This document shows, in pieces, positions 1 to 12,200 of a stretch of DNA of 64,000 nucleotides. Numbering within the stretch: the first letter of the stretch is position 1; each line of letters opens with the position of its first letter. The notes beneath the pieces are model-generated. The model made no database searches and had not been told where the DNA came from. It worked only from the letters and a program-made list of their open reading frames with translations. The translations under genes were made by a program, and so were the position numbers. This DNA comes from Eledone cirrhosa (lineage: Eukaryota): contig OZ024747.1 in the NCBI GenBank assembly GCA_964016885.1, positions 32,984,001-33,048,000 of the forward strand. The letters run 5' to 3'.

Positions 1-49
1 GTTATGAACTCTGTTGAATATTTATCAACAAAGCATATACCTCATTGTT

Positions 50-89
<40 letters not shown>

Positions 90-921
90 CGCACAAATAC
101 ATATATGTATATATATCTATATGTGCACTGTATGTATGAATAAATCTATGCATCCATATAACCATATGAGTTTCAAAAATGCAGTTATTACAACAGTGTC
201 CTTTCAACTTCTACTTCTGAGTTCAAATAATTTACTAAAAAACGAAAACAAACAACAATCATGAAAAAAACATAAGAAAACAAGAAATGCCTAAGAATTT
301 GCAGAATTCCACAAAAACCCTTTGAACTTTTATCAGTTTCAATGAACTGATTAATCAATTAAAGAACAGCACAGTTTTTATCACAAGACTGTGATGAAAA
401 ACAACTAACAAATATAAAGCAGTGGAAACACTTGACAGACAGAGGCATACGTAAGGTATGATGAGCATGGCACATGCCATAGGCACCATTTGATTTAGCA
501 ACACTTTGTATTAAAGTCAGATAAGTTATTATTGGAGAGGGAAAAATGAAACTCCTTAAGATGTATGATTTACCTTTGATTATGGGGGAGAGAAGCACTA
601 TGGTACCTGGATCATTAAACCATTAACATAAATTATTAAGCCTATAGGTAAAAATACAGTTCTGAGAACTTCAGGAGCACAATTTCACTGCTTGCCCTAG
701 GCACTATTATTCATAGTCATGCCTCTGCTTCACAGGTGATTGTTTCGTCATAATTGGAGCTTCACAGCTATTCAATCCTTTCTTGAAATTGTATTGTAGG
801 ACTTTCTACATCTTTGATTTTCAGCCTTTTTCAGTAAAAAAAAGCCCCACAGCCCACTGAATAAGACATTGTTAACGTACACCATCAGATTTTTAAAGGT
901 TTTATTATATTGCAACCTTTT

Positions 922-1141
922 GAGGGTGGTGCATTGGCAGCATCATTAGTGCATTGGACAACTTGCTTTGTGGCATAGTTACGTACTTTTACATTGTCAG
1001 TTCAAATTCTACCAAGGTTAGCTTTATCTTTCATCCTTACTGGATCAATAAAATAAAGCACCAGTATTGCACTAGGGTTGATTTAATCAACTTTCGCAAA
1101 CACCAAAAATTATTGGCCTTGTGCCTAAATCAGAAACCACT
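922..1141 (+). mobile_element. Old Meta-domain-type tRNA-derived SINE
   Basis: Diverged match to the young copies in this window (tttcatccttac..gatcaataaaataaagcaccagt; ggccttgtgcctaaa..agaaac). Confidence 0.65.
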
Positions 1142-1826
1142 ATAGAGAGTTTTTTTTTATTAAAAGAATGTATCTGTGATACCTGTGTGATACTTGTAAC
1201 TAGTAGGGAAATGTCTCTGCAACATTGAAAAAGGTTTTAGCAATATTAGTGGGGTCCTATACAAGACAACAAAATGAAATTATGCTTGCATGCATTTTTG
1301 GTGGGTATTACAAAGTGTTACTGGGTGATAGGTATTGTATTTCCCTAAAACCTCCACTATCTGTTAAAGTGTTATTGTAATATGGTTCAGCACAATTAAA
1401 TATTTGTTTATCTGATGAAATCCTCAAGAGGTGGTAACTCGTGTTATTTACTAGATTTTTCAAGGGAGACATTGAAGAATTTGTAAATATATACCAACTT
1501 ATATGTATCAAATATTGCCTATATAGGCAATATTTCTCTTTGCTAAGGTTAAATATAATATCTAAAAATTAACTGCATAAATGTTAAGAGTAATCAATCC
1601 TTCCACTCACTCTCTCTCTTCATACAAGTTGCCATCGTAAGATTTTAAGCTGCCTTCTATAAGCAACCTATCAGTTACTCTCCTCAATTCCACTCGTGTA
1701 TATTGATAAGATACCACTTTAGTGGCTTTTAATCCTTCACAGACACTCCTTTGCTTTACAGTCTATTTTTGTAATGTTCAAGACAGTTTTATGTTTTATT
1801 CTTATAATTTCTTTCTGTCCCTTATA

Positions 1827-1865
<39 letters not shown>

Positions 1866-1960
1866 GTTTACATATATATATATACATATATACATATACG
1901 TGTTTTGCAACGGGTCGCTTTGTGGCTCAATGAAAAGTTAATAAATTAAATAATCAAAGC

Positions 1961-2262
1961 TATATATCATAAAACATGTCTATAGAATCACCAGATAAAA
2001 TATATACCATTTCCTCTCCCAATTAGCATAATTAACCATATAAAAAATCGAATAGACCAAGCTATAAGAATAAGGCTTCTATGAAGAAATCTCCAATAAA
2101 TAATCGAAATCAGCCCTTCGCGCCGGCTGCGACGGAATATTTATCAAATATTTCGACAGCGTAATCGCCCAGATATACAGTCAACTAAACAGAATTATGC
2201 TAATTGGGAGAGGAAATGGTATATATTTTATCTGGTGATTCTATAGACATGTTTTATGATAT
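1961..2262. repeat. ~75-bp inverted repeats flanking a ~160-bp core, bounded by TA runs (MITE or PLE-type inverted end)
   Basis: tcataaaacatgtctatagaatc...gcataatt at ~1967-2034 is the reverse complement of ~2193-2259. Confidence 0.75.
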
Positions 2263-2280
2263 ATATATATATATATATTT

Positions 2281-2418
2281 CATTCAATATCATTTCATTT
2301 TACGTCCGCTTTTTCCCTGCTTGCAAGGGTGGGACGGGAACTGATTCTGGCTTGATTTCTACAGCTGGATGCCCTTCCTAACACCAACCTCATTTACAGT
2401 GAGTGCTGGGTGCTCTTT
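2281..2418 (-). mobile_element. RTE-derived 3' end fragment (deleted variant)
   Basis: Reverse complement of 57835-57970; contains gttggtgttaggaagggcatccagctgtagaaa. Confidence 0.8.
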
Positions 2419-2467
<49 letters not shown>

Positions 2468-2473
<6 letters not shown>

Positions 2474-2965
2474 GGAAAAAATGAAACGAAGTTTCATTTC
2501 CCACTCTTAGTATGGCTGTTACTTAAATATAAGTATGTACACGTACATACATATATGTATACAGACGTGCAGTAGTATGTATATATATATACATACATGC
2601 ACACATATATATATGTACGTATGGATTCACCGAACATTTATTATAATGCTCGGTGTGTTTGTTCACAAACATCCCGTATCAAGCCGTAGTGTCCAGCAAC
2701 CATCATTGCTCGTTTGTTCAACACTGACAAAGGAACGCTGTACTAGTTTCAAGCTTATTAGCTATCGTCAGCAACGTATACCTTCCTGCCAGATTGTTGA
2801 ACGTATATACTTACCTTATGCATATTAATGGCTGAGTAGCCCAATTTGCATATCGAGTGGGTTAATCGGCCGGGTGCACCGAAAACGATAAACGGAAAAA
2901 ATGAAACGAAGTTTCATTTCCCACTCTTAGTATGGCTGTTACTTAAATATAAGTATGTACACGTA
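2468..2965 (-). mobile_element. 420-nt non-coding HHR-bearing monomer in partial tandem (retrozyme-like)
   Basis: 2471.. and 2891.. are identical (period 420). The second copy is cut by the RTE at 2966 and resumes at 5800. An HHR lies inside and one end abuts (TA)n. Confidence 0.7.
2735..2777 (-). ncRNA. Type I hammerhead ribozyme (minimal, palindromic stem III)
   Basis: Minus strand: acgttg CTGACGA t agct aata agct t GAAA ctag TA cagcgt. Stem I is 6 bp, stem III is the palindrome actagt, cleavage triplet GUA. Confidence 0.75.
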
Positions 2966-5799
2966 TAGATCTGGGGAACACACAAGCCAGGTAGATTATA
3001 TCCTTACCAGAAGACGTGATAGAGTGTCTGTTGTAAACACTAAATCCCTCCCCCATGAAGAATGCACCTCCCAACATAGACTGATAATTAGCGACCTCAT
3101 AGTCAGGACAAGACGTACTCGACAGCAGAAGAGGACTATCCTCAGGAGAAAAATATGGAAGCTAAAGGACCCCACAGCCAGAAATAAATTTCAAAGCATA
3201 TTACTTGATACTTTCGACAGTAAGGAAGAGCATTTAGAGTCGGACAATATAGAGGGACAGTGGGAATTTCTGAAAGCAAACCTGCTGATGGCGGCAGACG
3301 AAGTCTGTGGCTGGAGCAGGCCTGTAGGCAGGAGGAGAGTAACATGGTGGTGGAACAGTAAGGTGGAGGGGTCAATTAAGGCCAAAAAGCAGGCTTGGAA
3401 AGTATGGTGGGATGGGGGAAGTAGAGAAGACTATCAAGTGGCCAGGAGGGAAGCTAGGAGACAAGTGTACTTCGCAATAAGGGAAGCAGAGGAAAGAAAG
3501 TTCAAGCATGTTCTACAACGCGAGGACCAAAAACGTGAGGTGTTCAGGATTGCTAGGCAATGTGTCAAGGAAAACCGTGATATTGTCGGGGAGAAGTGTG
3601 TACTTAATGATGACGGCGTACTTGCCATCACCGATGCTGATAAGAAGGTAGCTTGGAAGTGTCACTATGAAAGGCTACTAAATGAGGAGAATAAATGGAA
3701 GAAAGACAGTCTCCCCCACATCGACCCAATAGAGGGACCAGCAGTGTTAGTCGAGGGTAGTATAATAAGTAAGGCAATCAAGGATATGAAGACGGGTAAG
3801 GCGGCTGGGCCTTCAGAAATAGTTGCTGAGATGCTGAAGGCATCTGGCACGGTCGAACACACCATGGTCACCCGGATAGTTAACCAAGTCGTACAGAATG
3901 GGGTTGTTCCGAAGGACTGGCATAGCAGCATCATCATTAACTGTTATAAGGGTAAAGGAGATGCCCTAGATAGGAGTAACTATAGAGGCATTAAATTAAT
4001 CGACCAGGTCATGAAGGTCACGGAAAAAGTAATAGGGCAACTAATCAGAGAGAGAATTGACCTAGATGAAATGCAGTTCGGGTTTGTGTCAGGCAAAAGT
4101 ACCACAGACGCTCTTTTCATTGTACGACAACTACAGGAGAAGTACCTAGCTAAAGGTAAACCCCTCTACTTAGCTTTTGTCGACTTGGAGAAAGCCTTCG
4201 ACAGAGTCCCCCGTTCCATTATCTGGTGGGCCCTTAGAAAACTAGGTGTCGACGAATGGCTTGTAAGAGCTATACAAGCCATGTATAAAGAAACAGTCAG
4301 CAAGGTTAGAATTAACAACGAATATAGTGAAGAGTTTAGCGTAAAAGTTGGCGTCCATCAGGGCTCTGTTCTCAGCCCCCTACTATTTATTATTGCCCTT
4401 CAGGCTATAACAGAGGAGTTCAAGACCGGTTGCCCATGGGAACTCCTATACGCAGACGACCTAACACTCATAGCTGAATCAATGGCCGAGCTAGAGAAGA
4501 AATTCCAAACATGGAAGCACGGCCTAGAATCAAAAGGCCTTAAAATTAACCTGGCTAAGACTAAAGTTCTAGTTTGTAGGAAAGAAAATAAGGCGGCGGT
4601 CCCTTCCGGGAAATGGCCATGCTCAGTGTGTAGGAAAGGCGTAGGTAGAAACTCCATTTTATGTCCCAAATGCAAAGTATGGGTGCATAAAAGATGTAGT
4701 GGGATCACAGGTAAGCTAAGTAAGAACATAGATTTTACATGTGGCCGCTGCTCTGGTGCAATAAGTAGCAGCAAGTGCCCACAAAATACTAGCCCTTTCA
4801 ACTGCGCAGAGGGCTCTATAGAAATAGTGGACAGCTTAGATTATCTGGGTGACAAAATCAGCAGTGGGGGAGGGGGGGTGCTCTGAAAGTACAGTAACTA
4901 GAGTCAGAACTGGATAGAAAAAGTTCACTGAGCTTATACCACTATTAGCCGCTAAAGGGTTCTCCCTAAAAATGAAAGGCAAGTTGTATGATGCCTGCAT
5001 ACGAACAGCAATGTTGCATGGCAGTGAGACCTGGGCATTGTGTGCAGAGGATATACGCAGACTAGAGAGGAACGAAGCTTGCATGCTCGGCTGGATGTGT
5101 AATAGAAATATACGTGAACGGCAAAGCATAAACGAACTAAGGAAAAAATTAGAAATAAGAGGGATCAGATGTTGTTTACTCGAGAGAAGGCTACGTTGGT
5201 ATGGACACGTGATGCGCATGAAAGTCGATAGCTGTATAACAAAGTGCAGGGCAATAAAGATAGACGGTAGCCACGGAATAGGCAGACCTAGAAAAACCTA
5301 GGACGAGCTGATAAACTCCGACCTCACACACTTACACCTCTCCAAGACAATGTCACTGGACCGAGACCTTTGGCGGTACCCAGTAATAGAGAAGACCCGC
5401 CTTACCTAAATACATAGTAAAACCTACTACAGTCAGTAGGCATCTCTAACAAAATACACCCCCGTCCAACCACCCCCACCCCATTCACACCACCCCCTTC
5501 TATGTAAAGTTATGTTGGTGCCACACCATCCAGGCCGAAACAAATGAGATCGTGTAGGTGTCACAACAAAAAAACACACAGTCCACACTGTAATGTGGCC
5601 GTGTAGGCAACACGGTAAAAACCTCCCAGACCCACACTGTAAATGTGGTTGGTGTTAGGAAGGGCATCCAACTGTAGAAAACCTGCCAGACAGTCCTATG
5701 CGAGCAAGACAATCACTCTTGCCTCAAGTGGGAAAACCCCCGTCCAAACCCATGCAAGCGTGGAACACGGACGTTAAACGTTGATGATGATGATGATGA
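2966..5799 (+). mobile_element. RTE-clade LINE, 5'-truncated; ORF2 with APE C-terminus, RT and PHD finger; (GAT)n tail
   Basis: 643-aa ORF: QVDYIL/QHRL (APE end), AFVDLEKAFDRVP, GVHQGSVLSPLLF, LLYADD, then C4HC3. A frameshift at a G-run (~4866-4880) is followed by the LHGSETW and RLRWYGHVMR motifs. Confidence 0.95.
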
Positions 5800-5904
5800 C
5801 ATACATATATGTATACAGACGTACAGTAGTATGTATATATATATATACATACATGCACACATGTATGTATATATACATACATATATGTATATATATGTGT
5901 GTAT

Positions 5905-5949
5905 GTATATATACATGTGTATGTATGCACATATATGTGTGTACCTCTC

Positions 5950-6017
<68 letters not shown>

Positions 6018-6062
6018 GAGAGGTACACACATATATGTGCATACATACACATGTATATATAC
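5905..6062. repeat. Palindrome centred on (TA)n
   Basis: ~49-bp arms (…gtgtacctctcatta / taatgagaggtacac…) are perfectly inverted around the (TA)n. Confidence 0.9.
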
Positions 6063-6112
6063 ACATACTCTTTTTCACAAGTACGTGAGATTGTGAGTTG
6101 TCGACCTTAACC

Positions 6113-6290
6113 AGTGTTGCTCTATAACTATTAGAGACAAGATAATCAAAATAATTAAATTGACTCGATATCAGAGCTATGTAACATATTATAAAGTAAG
6201 AAGAAATAGTAGTCACAGATATATACCTATTTTTTCTTCAATGGTCAGTATGCAAAAATCTTACATCATAGAGATGCAACATTGTTGTGA
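6113..6290 (-). mobile_element. Diverged, deleted copy of the 45363-46465 HHR element family
   Basis: gtgttgctctata…tatcagagctat…tataaag.aagaagaaa…tatgcaaaaa..tacatca.agagat matches 45400-45600. Confidence 0.6.
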
Positions 6291-6298
6291 AGTAATTT

Positions 6299-6478
6299 GT
6301 GCATGCAAAATTTCACAGCTATAGCAGTAATCCTTCATAGTCAACCTATGAACTTTTCAGCTGACTCTCATGTGTGTGTATATATATATATATATATATA
6401 CACACATAAGAGTCAGCTGAAAAGTTCATATGTTGACTATGAAGGATTACTGCTACAGCTGTGAAATTTTGCATGCAC
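6299..6478. repeat. Palindrome centred on (TG)/(TA)n, ~75-bp arms with 3 mismatches
   Basis: gtgcatgcaaaatttcacagct…cagctgactct versus its reverse complement at 6409-6478. Confidence 0.9.
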
Positions 6479-6609
6479 TAATTTCAATTGTTCTTATAAA
6501 TAACTGCATTGTTACTTTCCATGGACTATGTTGAAAAATAAACCTCATTCGGACATTCCATGAGAGTATCTTGGTTAGCCTATGAAATTTTCACCTGATC
6601 CTCATATAT

Positions 6610-8720
6610 AAGCATGTTTTGCAATGTGAGGACCAGAAACAGGAGGTGTTCAAGATTGTGAGGCAGTGTGTCAGAGAGAATTGTGATGTCATTGGAGAGA
6701 AGTGTATCCGGAATGATAAAGGTGAGCTTGCCCATGCAAGTGCTGAGAAGAAAGATGCGTGGAAGAGCCATTATAAAAGATTACTAAATGAGGAGAATGC
6801 ATGGGAAAAGAGACCCTACACTAAGTGGACCCTATAGAAGGGCCAGCAGTACAAGTCAGCAGCAGCGTAGTGAGTAAGGAAATCAAAGATATCAAGACTG
6901 GGAAGGCAATCGGTCCATTGGGTATAGCTGCCGAGATGCTAAAAGCATCTGGGTTGGTAGGTCACACCATAACCACACATTGTTAACCAGGTAATACTAG
7001 AAGGAGTCATACCAAAGGATTGGTGCAACAGCATCATTGTCAACTGCTACAAGGGTAAAGGTGATGCACTAGATAGAGGAAACTCTAGAGGTGTAAAGCT
7101 GATGGATCAGGTCATGGAAGTAACAGAAAGAGTTATAGCACAGTTGATTAGGGACCAGGTAAAACTAGATGAGAAGCAATTTGGATTGGTACCAGGAAAA
7201 GGCACTGTTGATGCCCTCTTCCTTGTGAGGCAGTTACAGGAAAAGTACCTAGCTAAAAGTAAGCCGCTCTAACTGCCATTCATTGATCTGGAAAAAGCCT
7301 TTGACAGAGTTCCCCGTGCTATAATCTGGTGGGCTCTTAGAAAACTAGGAGTAGACGAATGGCTTGTGAAAGCTGTACAAGCCATGTATAGAGGAGCAGT
7401 CAGCAAAGTTAGGATTAGCAATGACTATAGCGTGGAATTTAGCATACAGGTTGGTGTTCACCAGGGCTCTGTTCTTAGCCCTCTCCTGTTCATTATAGTA
7501 TTGCAGGCAATAACGGAGGAGTTTAAGACCGGATGCCCATGGGAACTCCTGTATGCAGATGACCTCACACTTATAGCTGAATCTATGGTAGAACTAGAGA
7601 AGAAATTCCCAAAATGGAACTGGGACTAGAAAGTAAGGGTCTCAAAGTCAGCCTGGCAAATACTGAGGTCCTTGTAAGTAGACGCGAAAACAGAACTCAG
7701 ATCCCCTCAGGGAAATGGCCTTGCTTAGTATGTAGGAAGGTGTAGATAGGAATCCATCCTCTGCTCCAAATGCAAACAATGGGTACACAAGAGATGTAGT
7801 GATATCTCAGGAAGCTTAACAAAGAATGTAGGCTTCACATGTAGCAGCTGTGCTGGGACAGCAAGCAGCAAACGACCACAGGAAACAAGCACCACCATAC
7901 TCTGGGAGGGCTCTGTAGAAACAGTAGACAGCTTCTGCTACCTAGGTGCCTGAATTAGCACTGGAGGTAGGTGTTTGGAAAGTACAATAACTAGGGTAAG
8001 AAGGTGCTACTGCCACTGCTAGCTGCTAAAGGCTTTTCCCTCAAAATGAAAGGCAGACTGTATGATGCGTGTATACGAACAGCAATGTTACATGGTAGTG
8101 AGACCTGGCCGCTATCTGTGGAGGACTTCGTAGATTAGAAAGAAATGAAGCCTGCATGCTTCGATGGATGTGTAATAGTAATATACACAAACGGCAAAGC
8201 ATAAACGAATTGAGAGAGAGACTGAGTATAAGAGGAATCAAATGCTGTGTGCAGGAGAGGAGGTTGCGTTCGTATAGACATGTGATGCGTATGAAGGATG
8301 ACAACTGCATAAAAAGGTGCAGAACACTAGAAGTCGATGGAAACTGCGGAGTGGGGAGACCAAAGAAGACCTGGGATGTGGGCATAAAAGGCCACCTTAC
8401 CCAATTTTGACCTCTGGCATCACGCAGTAATACAGAAGACCCGACTTCCCATGGATACAAGTTGAAGCTGAAGCATATAGAAATATGCTCACACACCCTC
8501 CCACTGCAAAGAGGTCGTGGAGGTGCCACGGCAAAAAAACACCCAGCACTCACTGTAAATGAGGTTGGTGTTAGGAAGGGCATCCAGCTCTAGAAATCAA
8601 GCCAGAATCAGTTCCCGTATGAGCAAGACAGGGTCAGCTGACCGGATCTGCCCACAACAGGACAACCTGTCTAACCCATGCTAGCGTGGAAGAACGGACG
8701 TAAAATGGGGATGATGATGA
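6610..8720 (+). mobile_element. Decayed RTE-clade LINE (family A, PHD-containing)
   Basis: Broken ORF2 pieces (GVHQGSVLSPLLF, LLYADD), 3' UTR and gatgatgatga tail. Confidence 0.92.
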
Positions 8721-11499
8721 TATATCAGGATTTAATCAGTATGAAACTACTAAGACTATTATTCAACAAAGTACTCAATACTTGAGATAGTAGAGTGTAT
8801 CTATATTAGAAAGAGGCAGAGTCCGATGGCTGAGCGCTTGTTGTTTCAACAGTTAATTCCAGAGATATATCCACATACATATATCGTCTCTAGACATTAC
8901 ATGAATCAAAATGAAAGATAAAATTATGTCTTGCACTTCTGACCTAGCTCCTCATTTTATAAATTCTTTTTTTTTCTGTCCTTCATCTTTCTCCTCCCTC
9001 TGTCCTCCACCGTACTTTTATTGCTTCTTTACTTGCAGGTGAAATGATAACCTCATCTGATTCCATAATAAAATACACCCAGATCTGTAATGTGGTTGGC
9101 AAATGAGTAGAGGCATCATATGGTCATAACAATCTCTCTGGACACAGCTGTGTCAAGGATATGACAACTTCCTTCCCTAGTGTTGGGGCCATGATATAAT
9201 GCATTATATCAGTAATTTTGCTTGAGAATTAACCAGTTTGTGATGATATGTTCAAACTTTGATATCAGGGAAAATAAATGCTAAACAATGCTGACGATGA
9301 TGATGCCATGTATTTGATGGGCTTCTGCACAGCTTTTGTCTAAAAAATTTCATTCTCACAGTTTGAGTCAACCCAAAGTGATATAGGGTGGAATGAACCT
9401 CAAAACCACATGCATGTTCGTTGGGAGTTGTGAAGTGACGTGATTTAAATTTCAGTTTCACTTCTTCATAATAGATATTCACACAGTTTCCCTAACTTTA
9501 GGCATTAAATCTATCGTAAGAAATATTTAGTGTTCACTGGTGTAGCTAGTATAGTGTGTGTGTGATGACAGAAATATATTAGACATGTCAGGATGGATTT
9601 TGACTGGAAATTTATGGATGGGAGCATGTCTTAGTGGTTAAAGGTTCACTGTAGGTGTTCCTGCTGCCAGGGCAATTGAATGCAATGATATGGATGATAT
9701 AAACGATATGGCTGGAAAATAGATTCTAATAGGTATGCAGCATGTCATGTTGTTGCTCAGAGAATCAATATATATCAATCAATTTTCTTCAAGATGTTAT
9801 GTGCTGTGATTTTCTTATACATATCTGCCTGATTTAAAAAAAGAAAAAAATTGTTTAGTTTCTTTTATGCATTCTTTGATGACGTACTAAGGAATAAATC
9901 AAAAGAAAAATGAAAATAACAATATTGAGAAATTTCCCAACTTTTAGAATTCATTTCACTTACTCACAGTGTTCCATCACTCTACTTAACTAAAGTCCTT
10001 ATTTAGAACAGGCAATCACACAATAGAGCGACAAAGATCCTGAATGAAATACTTAGTGGGGGTTTCTATGAACTTGTTCTACCTGCTAGAAATAGCTTCC
10101 ATATCTCTCATTTCACACCCTACTTACTTGGATAATGCAATTAGTCCTTGATATATAGCTTTGCTGTCAAAAGCATCACAACCTCTTTAATGTTGGCACT
10201 ATGATAAAATGCAATCAGTAGAGTGAGGGATCATATGTCAAGCCCTCTGGAGGCCAGGGGCTTTGCGTGAGTACTGACTGGTCTGTGATGATATGTTCAA
10301 CTATTGCTATTGGGGGAAATGTATGTTAAACAATGATAAAGATGGCATTCTAATGTCTAAAGTCTGCCTTGAGGCTCATCTTACTGTATAACAATCTGGA
10401 AGAGAAGTAATAATAGTATGTGTACTTTCAAAAGCCTGTCAGTCTTGAGAAAGTTCATTTAACTATTTTGTAACCATATTTCTAATGAAATACACTCCAT
10501 TTAAATTCAATGAGGAATTTTAAGAGTTTACTAAAATTATTTATTATTTAATTTCTAAGACAGAAACATAAGATTTTTTAATATAAAATATGTGGGAAGA
10601 TTTTAAATTAAATAGGAACCATTTAAAATGGGTGGTTTTGTTTCCTAGAAATAGAGCTAGTTTTAGCAGAGTCAGTATTAAATGGGTTAAATAAAATGAG
10701 TACTTGGTAGTAAAAATGTTTAGAGGTGCTTAGTTTAAGTACTTCACTCACAAATATTTAGTGTATCTTCCTGGCTGTCAACAAAGACAGCACTAATTTC
10801 TTTGTGTTGTATTGTATCCACAGCTTATGAAATTCATCCTCAATCAGGATTGGACTTAAGACAATTGAGCCAATTGCTTCCAAATAAACCCCACTGATAA
10901 GGGGGCCCTCTTCGAGAGTAATCTTTTTTCAGCTCGCCCAGTCAACACAACACATTGCAATATATATGTACGACACAATTTGAGTCTGACATTCCTTGAT
11001 TGTATTGTGTTTTAGGCCATGCCACTTTGCCCACATTGTTACAGCAACTCTAGCTTTTAGCAGTGACAACATTAATTCATTGACTTTGTTCTGCGACTAT
11101 GCCATACATCATTCACAATTGTTAAGTATTTCTCTTTATTAGTAGTGACAGCACTAATATGGGATAGACAAGTTTCTGTTGGCTTGAAATACACAGTTTA
11201 TTTCTTCTCATAATTAGATCTCTTTTTGAAAGACCAATTTCATAGCCAGATAGAGATGGATTTTTCTTTTTTTTACCTCCTTAGCCTGAAAAATTAGGAG
11301 GTTGAGTGAAAATTGAAAACATCTTGGTAATTCAGAAATATTTAAATTACCATTTAGTTTTACATTATAAACACCACTGAAGTGAAAACAGTTACATCTA
11401 TTTCTATAATCTCTTCAAAAGCTCTTTAATGGAGACAAACTTATTCAACAAATGATAAGTTTGCAAAAAGAAAGAGGAAAAATTAAATAATGAAAGCAG

Positions 11500-11775
11500 A
11501 GGCACTACTTCCCTGAATTGAGAGATTACAGCTCCAATATTATGGGCATGTGGTTAGAATGTCTCCGGAAAGAATTGCTGGATTTTTACAGGATTTTACG
11601 GGTAAAGCCAACCAGGGGTAGACCCTATGCAAGATGGTTGGATTAGATCCATTAGCTTGGCTGGTCTCACTTGGGGATCCAGCTAGATCAGTTGGAGATG
11701 GTTGTTTCTTGCAGGACACACTAGAAGGAGTGTTTGAGGAATTCTGCACCCATGACCCTCTCAGGAATAAGTAGC
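11500..11775 (+). mobile_element. Old RTE 3' fragment (separate family); second copy at ~37700-37980
   Basis: Degenerate RIERxQLxYYGHVVRMSxER motif; the two loci are similar to each other. Confidence 0.6.
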
Positions 11776-11859
11776 AAATAAGAAGAAGATAATAAGACTA
11801 TAGGGGAAGAGATCAGTAGATTAAACTCCAGTTTATGTGGTATATCTCAGTTGCTCTCT

Positions 11860-12200
11860 GTAGAAAGAATAGTGATGGCCTTGCCACGGAGAACAGCCAG
11901 TGACACCTGCTGCATCAACCACTCCAGCTCATGGAGTACCTTCATTAGGTGGGATGCACTCCACCCAATTTTGCCAGGGAAAATGGCCTTTTGCAGATTG
12001 AAGATACCAGATATTTCAACAGCAGTTAGCATGAAAAGGAAGCAGTCTTTCAAGTCTTGATATATAGCTATTTTCCTCTCCATCACATTATGGGGTGTAG
12101 TGTCCGGGTTTGAAGCTAAAGCAACAAGATTAGAGGTGGAGAATGTGTCTGCATTTGGTGCCCCAGATTAGAGATTTACCTTCATTAAATTGGAAGAGGG
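11860..12200 (-). mobile_element. Decayed CRE-type (RLE) non-LTR 3' fragment
   Basis: Similar to 59161-59460 (DTFSxSNL…AVEISG…WLxQxVSLAVLRGxA). Confidence 0.5.

Noticed and set aside
1405-1450. CTGATGA hammerhead-like motif
   Set aside because: No GAAA and no stem I partner.
4400-4801. Recurrent antisense ORFs over RTE RT (also 22872-23459 and 36005-36637)
   Set aside because: They are shadow frames of the RT coding strand with no independent motif.
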